A stretch of DNA of 62,706 bases, filler included, from Circinaria calcarea (taxonomy: Eukaryota): NCBI GenBank assembly GCA_051942165.1. It is 6 parts of 6 records of this genome, joined end to end, with 100 filler letters (N's around TTAATTAATTAA, not from the genome) between each part and the next. Parts side by side here need not be neighbours in the genome. Positions count along the whole stretch, not along the records: positions 10,491 to 20,867 come from JAVECS010000815.1; positions 20,968 to 31,333 come from JAVECS010000816.1; 4 more parts are not named here. One strand, given 5' to 3'. Under the pieces are notes generated by a model that saw only the letters and a program-made list of their open reading frames with translations, did no database searches and was not told the DNA's origin. Shown here one piece after another: positions 12,164-23,900 of the stretch. A program made the position numbers and the translations under genes. The first letter of the stretch is position 1. Each line of letters starts with the position of its first letter.

Positions 12164-13170
12164 ATGATGGTAGAGCAAGAGCGGAGAATAAGGGCCGTAA
12201 GTAACTCGGAAACCTTACACTTCGAGTAAGTTCTGACTCCATTTAGCTCAGCAGTTTTATACAAGTGAAACGTTCACTCTGCCTTTTCTGGCTGTTTACC
12301 GAAAGCAACTTTCCGACATTCGTGCTCCTTAATACAGCTTTCGGTATTCTGGGAGCTCTTTCGGGCTCTCATCTTGCCACGCAAGGGAATCCATCTATTA
12401 TGGAGGTGCTGCCGCGACTCCCTCTCGTTATCCTCTTCAACTAGTCGAACTTTTTTGTTTTCGATCTTGCGAATCAAAGACATCCAGACTCTATCAAAGA
12501 AGATCTCGTTAACAAACCATGGAGACCTTTGCCCACCGGGATAGTCAGCCCAGAACAGACACGACAATTAATGGCGGTAGCAATACCTGTTGTATTGGCG
12601 TTGAATTTCATGTTTGACGTCTGGAAGGAGACCGCCCTTCTCCTCATCTTGACGTGGCTTTACAATGACCTTAGAGTCGGGGATGGGATTTATAGGGATC
12701 TCATCATCGCACTGGGTTTCGCGTTACACAATCGAGGCTCACTCCATATAGCGATAGGCGCTCAATCGGAGATAGCCGGGCACGGCTACACTTGGATTGC
12801 GATTATCAGCGGAGTGTTTCTTACAACAATACAAGTTCAAGACCTCAAAGATCAGGCTGGCGATCGTGAACGCGGTAGACGTACCGTTCCCCTTGTGCTG
12901 GGAGACTCAATCTCTCGCCGGATGATTGCCGGCTTTGTTCTCATTTGGCCCTGCTGTTGCGCTTTCTTTTGGGGAGTGCATCTGTGGGCCTATGTTTGGC
13001 CCATGATGCTGGGTAGCTTTATTGCTATTCGGGTTGTGCGGAGACGGAATTCAGGCGAAGACAGTCGGACATGGAAACTGTGGTGTATGTGGACGGCAGT
13101 ACTTTATGCCCTGCCCCTAGCTCGTCGCTCTCGAGCCGTGGCAGAGCCATTCGGGCTATACAGTGCTTAA
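12164..13170 (+). pseudogene. UbiA-family membrane terpene cyclase/prenyltransferase with an in-frame TAG at 12442-12444; intron 12197-12246
   Basis: FWLFTESNFPTFV, FDLANQRHPDSIKEDLVNKPWRPLP, WLYNDL and QVQDLKDQAGDRERGRRTVP match fungal UbiA-type cyclase motifs. 'LFN*SN' has TAG where Trp is expected. Confidence 0.85.
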
Positions 13171-13637
13171 ACACAAATACGTAGCTAGCAACCTCAATTG
13201 ACGTATCCGTTAACATTAAACAGGCGCTCAGTAGAGCTCCTTGCATGAGTTGTGTCGGTGTCCTTTATATCTATCACACATTCGGGGTGAGCATGTACAG
13301 GTATTACCCTGTTTCCAGAAGTAAATATGGCCGTGCCTACTTGCTCATGGTGATCAAGGCAAGTTGTGGATGGGCCGGAGTACCGAGACTAGACCCCTTA
13401 TCCGCAGGGCACGCTATCGCAAACAATTCTCCTGTGCGTGTGGTAAAGCTTAACGCACGACTGCTGCAACTTCTTTCCAGCCTCGCTAGCTTACATATAT
13501 ACCAACATACACAACATTGCACCTTAGCATGGGCGCATGTGTGCATGGTATAGTATGCCATCCCCGAACTTGCCGGGAGAGAAAACATAAAACAATCTGC
13601 GGCATGTCTTCCCGACACTCTTCCTTTTTCACGAGGC

Positions 13638-15664
13638 ATGAACCACACCATGGAAACGGCGACATTGGTTGAAAGTCACCTGGCAGGTCCGATTCAGGTC
13701 GAAATGCTGAGCCTAGGTGCTCTTATGGCTCTGGTGATGCATCATGGCTTTTTCACACATGGAGAGTGGGCACGTACATGCCCCGAACTTCATACTCGGT
13801 CATGCTTTGATTTCCGTATGCTTGTTTCTCGGCGGCTTGTATTGCAACGAACTTGACACCAGTGCATCTCTTCTGAATTCTGCTTTGATTGGCATTAGCT
13901 ACCTTGCCACGCTTTTTGCTAGCATTGCTCTGTACCGACTAGTCTTCCATCGCCTTACACGGGCTAGATTTCCCGAGCCTATTTTCGCGCGCCTAACGAA
14001 ATTATGGCACGTGTGGGCGTGCAGGAGGTCTAAAAATCATCTTATCCTGGCTGAGCTCAATCGAAAATATGGCGATTTCGTCAGAACGGGTAAAATTCAA
14101 CGCACTTGAACTTATCCCAGCCTGCCGAACCCAAGCGTAGGCCCTAATGAGGTTACTGTGTTTCATCCTGATATCTTTTAGGTGGTTGATGGCCCCAAAA
14201 CCGATTGCATCAAATCCGAATGGTATGATATCCTTCATCCCAACCTTTCGCTAGTCACGTCGCGCGTCAAAGCGACCCATCAAGCCCGTCGTCGCCAGTG
14301 GAACCGCGGATTTTCAGCTAAAGGTTAGTAGTATAGTAAGGGAAACTTCAGGAGATAGCATGCTAATAATTCATATCCAGCCCTGATGCAATACGAAAAT
14401 ACAACACTTAAATACATCGATCAGCTGGACTGCTGTATCAAAGCCGATGCCGTGGCACACAGATTTTCAGAAGCTACAGATCTTTTCTACTGGCTCGGCT
14501 TCGATACGATGGGAGAGTTCGTTTTTGATAAATCTTTCGGTATGCTTCGAAACCAACAATGGCATTACATAGTTCTGTTACTGCAGCGTGCACTGTCTTT
14601 ACTGGGTCCATTTAGTCCGGCTCCATGGCTTGTGCAGGTGGGCTTCAAGCTATTGCCCCGAGTTGGCATCTTAAGAGACTGGTTTGATATGGTTGCCTGG
14701 TGCGAGAAGCAAATGCGGGAAACAATTGAGGTAATTCCTCATGCCTGTACTCATCCCACCGAGGTGTTCTGAAGTTCTTCCAGGCACCCAATGACAATAT
14801 ACGAGAGCCAGACGTGGCGTGTTATTTAATAGAAGATGCGAAGCTAAACGGATTCTCGAAAACAGATTGGATGTGGCCAAACGGAGACAGCTTACTGGTA
14901 ATAGTAGCGGGAAGGGAAAACTGTATATGATGTCCCCAGTAAGCTTTTCTGCTTACTTATAATATATTGCAGCCAACCCACCGCGTCCGCTCTCGTGGGT
15001 ATTTTCTACGAGCTGGCACGAAATCCCGATCACGCGCAAAAGATTCACGATGGGCTTCAGAGCCTGGACGTGCATGACGCGAAGCTTTTGTCGAAGCTTC
15101 CGCACCTCGACGGCTGTATCGCTGAGGCATTGCGCCTATATCCTGCCCTTCCGACCGGCGGTAATCGGAAAACACCAGAGCAGGGCGTTCTGATCGGGGG
15201 AAGATATATCCCACCGCAGACGACGGTTGTGGCTCCCCCGGTTTTCCATCTCACGCCGTAAATGTTTTTCCGGTGCCCATGGAAATACGAATCTAACAGA
15301 TATTCTAGGAGAGGATTGCTTTGAGCGAGGTCGTGATTTCGTTCCCGAGCGGTGGGATCCAAATCCAGAAACGGTCCGGAACAAGGCTGCTTACACTCCA
15401 TTCGGCACAGGTTAGATCTCGCTCGGCTTTTATTTCCGATAAGCTTTCATATTTAACTGGTTATTTTTAGGTCATCAAAGTTGTCTTGGACGCTTTCTGG
15501 CGTTGGACAATATGAGGCTCGTTACGGCAAGACTTGTTAAGAAGTATTATATAAGTTTGGCACCAGGCGAATCGGCCGATCGCGTAGTAAGCGACTTGAA
15601 AGATCAGTTCACTTCGAACCCTGGCCGATTACGCCTAGTGTTCAGGCTGAGGGAGAAATCCTAG
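13638..15664 (+). pseudogene. Cytochrome P450 with multiple lesions
   Basis: KYGDFVRTGPNEV, AGSQPT (I-helix), EALRLYP, FVPERW, PFGTGHQSCLG (heme Cys). Lesions: extra G near 13770, TAG at 14179-14181, GG donor at 14915-14916, extra C in 15235-15239. Confidence 0.88.
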
Positions 15665-15830
15665 CTTTAGATCTTCAACAAACAGCATTATTCTGCCGCA
15701 ACCACACCCCCAGCTCCTTCACCCAAAAGGTGATAAATCTCTTGCCAGGTTGTCGCCAGATATTCTGATGGGATGTTAGGATTCCCCCTCCACCACCACC
15801 AACACCCACATCCCCACTTCCTAGCTTATG

Positions 15831-18043
15831 TTACGGTAAGGCCATAAACACCGACAACATCTTCTGATAATTCGGCGTCCCCAGCCCCGTCACCGGGTCC
15901 CAGCCCGTCACAGCGGTAAAGCCTGGGGTCCCGCACCCCTGATTCCCACCGGACGTGATATCATTCAACATGCTCGGGTTGGCATAAAGCGTCGGATTTA
16001 AGAAGCCCACCGCGCTCTTTCCGCCGTTAACACGCTGTTCGTTGATGAGCGTGATGATGCTGCCGAGGGTCGGGGAAGAAGCCGAAGTGCCGTAGATCAG
16101 ACTGATGGTGCCGTCCACAGCAACTACATAGTTGGCGCCGTTGGCAGAGATGTCTGGGTACCCGCGGACGGTCTGAGAATTGTTATACTGAGTGGCGGTG
16201 TAGGCGGGCTGGTGATTGGTAAAGTATGCCTTAACGGCCGAGGACTGGTACGAGGGCAAGGGAAAGACATTGCTGAACCCGCCACCGGAGTAAATGACGG
16301 TTTCGCAGGCTTCCTCGGGGGCTGTCACGCTGGCACCGGGGACGATTTGGGTGGCTCCCACTGATGTGACGTAGGGACAGGTTCCGGGGAAAGAAGGGTT
16401 GAAGGTGCCTGTGGCGCCGCTGTTGTAGGTACCGCCTGCGCATTTGGCTTTGCTGCAGCATTGACCACCATTGCCGGCAACGCCGTAATCGCCAGAGGAG
16501 TATAGAACACTGACACCAGCCTTCATGTGCGGTAAGCATATAAATTTCAACCATCAATTACTGTCAGACTACTTACCAAGCCTAGTTTCATGTACTCGTA
16601 GCACTGACGTTGTTCATAGGCAGCAGTCAAGTCCGCCTCATTATACCCGTATGAAGTGGAGATAACAGACGCAGGAGCATATCTGCCACAGTCCTTGCTT
16701 TTATACCCACCGGGGCTAGGATCAGGATAGGGAGAATCACTACCGTGGTGTCAGCCTATATTGTTGCTCTACGGCAGTCTCACCAATCTACTTACTAGAG
16801 TGCGCTGTCCCCACCCAAGTATGTACAGTAAGAAGCGTCCAATGCGTCGAGGAAGTTGTTAAAGGAAGCACTTTCAACCAGATCACCGGCTTGATACAGC
16901 GTTACTTTTTGAGGGTATACTAAAGGAGTTTTATATTTAGCCGCCAAAAAGGTCAAATAGTTGAAGTTCTCAAAATGGTGGTGCCGCTAGATGGACGTAC
17001 CTAGTGCGATTGCATACTCCAAGTCAAGATCCGACTCTGCATTGTTTCTGAAGCTCTGGGTGGTTGTCTGAGCCACACCGCCATCGATAGAGGCGAAGAT
17101 AGGTGCTGTTCCTGAGGGAATCTCACGGGCCAAATTTGAGTAGAACAGGTTGAGGTCAGACTGCAAAAATGCCTGTGGTGTGTATTCGACGATACCATAT
17201 GAGGACTTGGCTAACGTGCAGTTGGGAAAGTTGTATAGCGCGCGTAAACAGTCGGGCGTGATGTATTGGTTGCAATTTGCAAGGGTATACGAGACAAGGG
17301 GCGAAGCGGCATTAGGACTCGCAATCACTTTACCCTTCTTCGGTTGCCAGGCGGTGTTGTCTGGGCTTCCAGGCTTCACAAAAGACGTATCACGCTTCAC
17401 TTTGTCTTGACTCGGATCTGACACGATCTTGGTATCGAAATGGACTGTGGGCATAATCATGTCGACATGCTGTCGAAGCGCCTTGGGAACGCTATATTCA
17501 TCGCAGGCAAGATGGCCTTGACCAGATCCTTCATGTGCATAGTACTTGTATTTTGTATGCAACAGAGATTCAACTTCAGCGATGCTGGCATTAAAGTGTA
17601 GCCAATTCCTCCCGTGGGTAAGAGACACGCGTGATGGGTCAATGCCAGATGCTGTGAGCCATGTTCGGATAGCATCAACCGATTCTGCGGAGGGTGCAAA
17701 GGTTTCGGCAATCTATCCATAGTCAGTAAAGGTAAGAGAGGGTACTATGATTCCAATCGAAGTATGGACATGGCAATACCTGTTCGGCAGTCCAATGTTT
17801 TCCGTAGTTTTCGCTTGATGGGTCAGAGATATCCATCAGGAAATCATGACCCCTTTCGAGGTTATTTTGCGTAATGCCTATGCGAACGGGAAGTGTGATA
17901 CGTCCGTCGGGCTTAATGCGGGCAACCTCAGACCAACTGGAAGAGCTACTCCGCCTCTCGTGAACCACATGAGGAACGGAAGCGGGTAGAGCTAGAGTGC
18001 AAACAGCAAGGGCACCAACAACGGTAACGAAGGAGAACCTCAT
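15831..18043 (-). CDS. Secreted sedolisin/tripeptidyl-peptidase (S53), multi-exon
   Basis: Signal peptide MRFSFVTVVGALAVCTLA; prodomain ISDPSSENYGKHWT; catalytic AESDLD, SSGDYG and GTSASSP; GWDPVTGLGTP. Confidence 0.93.
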
Positions 18044-20094
18044 CTTCAGGGTTGCAGCAAAATGACTGAAGTCAAGGATGGATGGGAGACAACGTTCTTC
18101 AAAGGGGAGATGGCCAGTTCATATATTCTTGCCCGATAAGTTGAAGGACTGCCAGGAAGCTGCGGAGACCACACCTGGAAGAGCCAAATCCTCCGTGGAC
18201 ACATGACTGCATCCTGGACAAGCGACCACCGCCCCATGGGATCTTGGGGAAGCAATAGGAAGGTCAGCAGGAGGTGTTGGAAGGTGTTGGAGCTTCGGCC
18301 GATCTCCACAAGCTAGTGCGGTAGGTTGATCGAATGGACATATGTTCTGAAAGGAAGGAAGCCCGTTGAGTCAACCCCATGTGGGTGTACCTTGAGGGAA
18401 ACGGGTAGGGAGATCCTTAGCAACCCAATCTCGAATAACGGGCATTCATACGAAAAAGGTGTCTGGGTTTTTACCATCACAAGCGGAGGAGTGGGATCAG
18501 ATCGGACACACAAAGCAATCATTCGGTGGATGGGTGATGTTGACCGAAACGGTTAGTCAAATTTGGACTTGCTGGATGAATGATAGTAAACGATGAAGTA
18601 GGATTCGGGGACGGCGATGAGAAACGAAAAGTCCTTCCACTTTCACTTTGGAGCCGACGCATAGATAGGCTCTGCAGGAAGCTGCCTCTTTCAGCTCATA
18701 GACAGACGTTGTGATAACTCGGGGTCGGCTAGAATAGATGACCGGAGCCGGAGAGGCGAGGCCGAAGATAAGACAATCCCCTTCCTCGACTCGGTCCGCC
18801 TATCATCCTTTTGCTCTATCTTCCCCGGTTGGAGAGCATTTCGGCTGGCTATCCGAGATCCTGGACGGCTTTCCCTTGATCACAGTCATTGCGCGTTTGG
18901 AGACTGTCCGATTGGTCGAGCTACTTGGGCCTGTGTTAACCCCCCACCTTCCATCAGGTGTCTGCATCACAAGATGAAGGAGGGCCAATCTCATGGTCCG
19001 TAACTCCGTAGCATCGCATTTTGCAGAACTTGGTCTGTATGGATGATGCAATGAATCATTGTCAAATGAGCCCACGAGGGTCGTGCACGCGCCGCCAGCG
19101 AGAGTTCGGACTTAGCTCCGTGTTTGTGACCGACCTCGTTCCGGTGTCAACGAACCAGGTACGAGGTTATTCCATAACAAGCAAATGGGAAGCACAAGCC
19201 CTCAGAGCGGGAACGAGCGGGACCTCCCGCTCGCTCGAAGCATCGCCCTGTGCCACCATCCTCCTGGGTGTCGTTAGGTTTCACCATAGAATTTGATATG
19301 CAGACCCGTGGGGTGACTCGGATATTGTACGGGCTAGGGATTCGCCTCAGCGGCGTCTTTCACTAATAAATTTCTCTCTCGGTTCGGAAAAATATCCTCG
19401 AGGACTATACGAAGCCATTATGGTCATGAGGCTCGATCCCTTTACTCTTCCCCTCTACTGTACACCTAGATAAGGATTCTAGCTGGTGGGTGATGGGCCA
19501 TTTTTCATGTCATGGTCAATGTATCTTCATTCCGAGATGGGCCAGGAGGTATCAAGATAATCTCGGAATGTTGACAGAGCTGCTTTCTCTCGGGCAGCAT
19601 CTTTCTTCTCCTACGCGTATCATTTCGGAATCCCAAGGGAGGACCAATTTCTCGGTATGGGGTTTCCTGGTAGCTGTCGAGTAACCTCAACCACAGCGAT
19701 TTTCAGAACATCCTCGAGTTCTATAGTCCGGATTTACTACAAGGATCCACGGACAGTAAGTGGTGCTTTCGGGAGTCTTTCCCCAAAGTCATTTCACAGC
19801 GAACATGAGCTTTAGAAGAACGGGTATGGACGGAAAAGCTGGAAAAGGCTTACAGCTTGTGCTTTTTTACAAGGGTCAATTAAAACTGACTGTTAAAAGA
19901 AGAGAACACTTTGAAGGCCTTGCAGAGGTTTTGATCATAAATGAAAAGCGACTCTAGCATTAGACCAAGAATTGACGAACGTCTCTGAAGCTACAATGCA
20001 ACCTCTGAATCAAACGAAGATGACTGAGTCCACTGTTACGCAGGAACCTCCGTCCGTTCTCGTACCGCAGACCTGACAGAGAGTCCAGCGTAAG

Positions 20095-20673
20095 CTTCAC
20101 ACCTTCATTTAGCCACCTCGTACAATAGCTCCTCGCAGGAATTGGACAGGTCCTCATTACGTAGCCTGGAGCCACAGTATCAAGGAAATCAAGAAAACCC
20201 CCCACCGCACCGACATAAAAGACGACACCGACTGGACCACCCCCCACCTCGTCTGTACATCCGAGGACTCGTGTCGAAATGCGTGTTCTCCGGCTTCGGC
20301 CGCCCACGCTACAACCCCTATAAATGGTATTCCGGGCGCGTTCCCTCCAGCCTGGGGAACAAAAACGAAGAAACGCAGTCGAGGGGTGTAGGTTGAAACA
20401 CTCCTGCCCAACGGGGCGGATCCGAACGCTAGCACGGGGAAGGGTGGTTCCGCTGCACCCTTGCATTGCGCGGCCAATAGCGGGTGGACCAAGGCTGTGA
20501 TGGTGCTTGTGGAGGCGGGTGCAAATGTGTATATGAGTCCGGAGCGCTCGCCACTTTGCCGGGCAAAGGATGGATCTGGGAGTAACCACCCATCGGCAGT
20601 CCTTCTGCGGAGGTCGTTTAGGACCGAGCGGGGATGGAAGGGATCGAGGAGGATAATAGACGGGGGTCAGTGA
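20095..20673 (+). pseudogene. Degenerate ankyrin-repeat gene remnant
   Basis: LHLATSYN, DDTDWTTPHLVC and VETLLPNGADPNA...PLHCAANSGWTKAVMVLVEAGANV lie in shifting frames; TAG at 20389-20391. Confidence 0.6.
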
Positions 20674-20867
20674 AGCAAGATGAATTGAAGGGGAAGAGAG
20701 GGAATGAGAACGCCAGAAGATCTTCAAGAAGGAGTAAAGTAAATTGTGGGATTTCCTAACCTTTGTCAATTTGTCCTAAAAATTTAAATAAAGAAACGAC
20801 TATCGTACGGACTTTCTTTCTACTCTTCTGGGAAGAAAAAATAATCCTCCCTCGAGAGTCCCCCCCC

Positions 20868-20967
20868 NNNNNNNNNNNNNNNNNNNNNNNNNNNNNNNNN
20901 NNNNNNNNNNNTTAATTAATTAANNNNNNNNNNNNNNNNNNNNNNNNNNNNNNNNNNNNNNNNNNNN
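20868..20967. other. Artificial contig linker
   Basis: N44-TTAATTAATTAA-N44. Confidence 0.98.
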
Positions 20968-23900
20968 GCTCCCCCACTCCCCACAATGTCGACGATAGTG
21001 CCAAACGGTTGTGGTTGTGGAGCCTCACACTGAATGTACGGTGACCACTATCTAATAGTATACTAACCCGTATTGGCTGATAATAATTTGTGTAGCCTTG
21101 CGGACCGATACATTTCCAAAGACCCGACCGACGCTTTAACCCCCATTGATGCTAAGAAATAATATGGAAGCCTGAAGTAGACCATACCACACCGACTTCG
21201 GGTGGTGTGCCTCCTTCACTGCACTAACGCTTGTGTGTAGAAAATCTGACACCGATACTATTACCGTACACTATTAGTGTACATCGCGGTATATACTAAT
21301 AGTGTCAACGGTGTGGTATATCATCGCCAGCGTTGCTCCCCCATGTCCCACTCCCATGCCCCATTCCCATTCTCACCTCCAGAGCGGAGAGGACGAAGAA
21401 AACCCTACAGTATACCATTCAAAAGCTCCCCATTCCCTCTTTGCCCCGCTCGGGTATCCGACAGAGTGGGAGAAAAAGCCGAAAAAGCTTGTTGGGAGCT
21501 TTTACAGCCCTGGCGGAGATATCGGACTCGCTTACCAGTGTTTTGACTCTGGTAGGAGAGTTAGCCTTAGAAACTTAGGCTTGGAAAGTCTTGGGAAATT
21601 GGTATGATGGATCGTGGTTTGAACAAAAGGTAGCCAGGATGTGTTCCATCGTTTGCTGTTTCTGGCCCGGATTTTTAAGAGATTCAAAATCTCCCAAGTC
21701 CTCCAGTACCATCCGTTGCTGTATCGTCCCAGCGATATGTGTATTCTATCCCTAACCCTCCTTGTCTCATCCCTTAAACCGTATAATAGGAGTAAGGTAC
21801 AAAAGAGTTAGCGTCCAGGGCCGGGGAAAGGGTTAAGGCGAGTACACCCGCAATCCTGGGGACTTTCGAACGAGGGTTATGGATATTGAGTTGAGGTATG
21901 GTCTTGTCTGTGGTGAGGGATAGGCCCGTGGGAGATTGTATGAGAAGGCAAGGTTGACGGAGGTGCGCTCAGCGAACAGATGGTGGGAAAGCGAGGAGTA
22001 GGAGTGCGGCGGATCGGGGAAGAATGTGAGTGGAGATCTGTCGAGCTTTAGAAAAGGAGACCTGGGTGTAGGATTTTGGCCGGGCGACGGCTTGTAATAT
22101 ACAGGATAGCGTGTGGAAAGTGGAGGACAGTTACCGCAATCGCTTGGTACGTTTGCTCTATCCTTTTGGATCAGCTCTCTGGTAAAATCAATAGTGACGG
22201 TGGAGTATTTGGAAGGTATGGACTTCGCCTCATCAACCTGCGAAGGCTTCATTCACTTGCGTCAGACTTTAGAAATGCCAAATCGTAATGAGTCGTCAGG
22301 CGGTGGAGTAGTTGCATTTAGCAGGAAGATGTTCAAGTTTGATAATGCGACTCTCCACGCAAATGTACCGCTGAACTCGATCCCTTTCTAGAAATTTATG
22401 CGGTCAAGGTTGATCGACCAGGTGAATGAGTCTAGTAGTAATGATCAGGGTTTGTAGGAGTACAAATTCAAACCCAAACCTAAGTGGTTGGACGAGAACC
22501 TGTCGGAGTTAAGATGGAAGTTGGAAGAGTTTCATCAAGAAGTAGGATGGTGAGTTAAAGAAAATGTTTGCCTGGAGGCTTTCGTCAGCGCCATTTAGTA
22601 AACTCCTATGTTTTCCTGAAATTTTTGAAGGTTAAGATTTCTTGGAGGAGCGGTCTGATCTGTTTACCACTCCAAAATATTATCTGATAGACTTTAGGAT
22701 GGTCTAAAGAGAAGGGAAGCAGGGCCTGGCAACAAACGCCCTGGATTCGAAATGAGGAAAGTGCTATTTTCCATCACGATTCAGATGACAGCAATATATT
22801 TTCTATGCATCTATTTCCGATAAATCGAGCTGATATAATGCTTACCTTAGCCCATCTAGCGAGATCGACCGCTTGCGCTGAATGTATTGAAAAGCTAGGA
22901 AAAACCAGCCCTTGTCCAGAATAGAATCGTACCGAATGTTGAAGCCATGTTGTGTGTGAGAGCTGATGTAGCCTCGAATCATTTTGCCCTCCATGCTGCA
23001 AGAGCATGGATATCACGCCTTTGGTTCTGTGCCCTAGTGAAGTTATAGTCCTTGTCAAACATCTAGATGGATGAATTGTCGACTAGTCGATCATGCGAGG
23101 ACTCATATCTCGAAATCCATTCCCGCTATCCAAACAGCAACCAGTGCTGGCGCAACTGTGTGGCGTGATAACGCCCGAGATAGGAGTCTGCAGCCGCATG
23201 GGTAACTTAAACGGCCAGCCCATCACGGATTGGCGGCTCCTTCCGATTGGATTCTGCAGCAACTTTTCAAGACATGACCGTGCGAGTATTGGTTTTCGTG
23301 AACATATCCTCTTTTGGAAAGTAGGGTTGAGATGGCAGTCTGGAGCTTTGCCTCGAATCGGACAAGAAGTTCTAGACGTATAAAATTTATCTATGAACGA
23401 ATCGCCTATTTGGTATCAGTCTCTTTCAAGGCTTTAGACACCCCCAAGTGCACCGGTAATAGAGAACCAATCATTCAGGTACTTCAAGGCATCGACCTGT
23501 CCCGGGTATTCTCATGGCGTATAGCTTATGGAAGCGGCAAGAGACCCCAAACAGGTCATGGTCCGATTCGCGATAAAAGTATTTGATGCGGGTGGGTGCC
23601 CAAAGGGTTAGTAACCGCTGTAATGGAACCGTTAGTACCTTCTGATCGAATCATACAGCCATACCTAGATTCTGGATACCTAGGACTTCACCACAAGAGG
23701 TCATTGTAAAAGGTAGAGTAGCCCAAAATGACGAGTTTCAGCAGCTGCTGAGTCGCGTGAGAAAAGGATGAGTGTTTGGAGGAGCAGATGAAGTCAAGAT
23801 GACCAACCTCTGACTCTCAGTGCGACCGTGATAGCCTGGAGATGGCTAAGAAGGAGATCTCCGAGTGGGCTAGGGTTACAGTTGGCGGGGATGCCTCCAT

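Noticed and set aside
12442..14181. TAG reassignment (alternative genetic code) explaining the in-frame stops
   Set aside because: TAG terminates apparently normal genes here (I78 at 49732; the P450's own end at 15662), and the P450 also has frameshifts and a dead splice donor.
15831..18043. S53 peptidase as a member of the terpene cluster
   Set aside because: It is convergent, apparently intact while the others are decayed, and has no evident role in terpenoid biosynthesis.
19960..20769. 269-aa minus-strand ORF
   Set aside because: TTG start and no recognisable domain; it lies antisense to the ankyrin relic.
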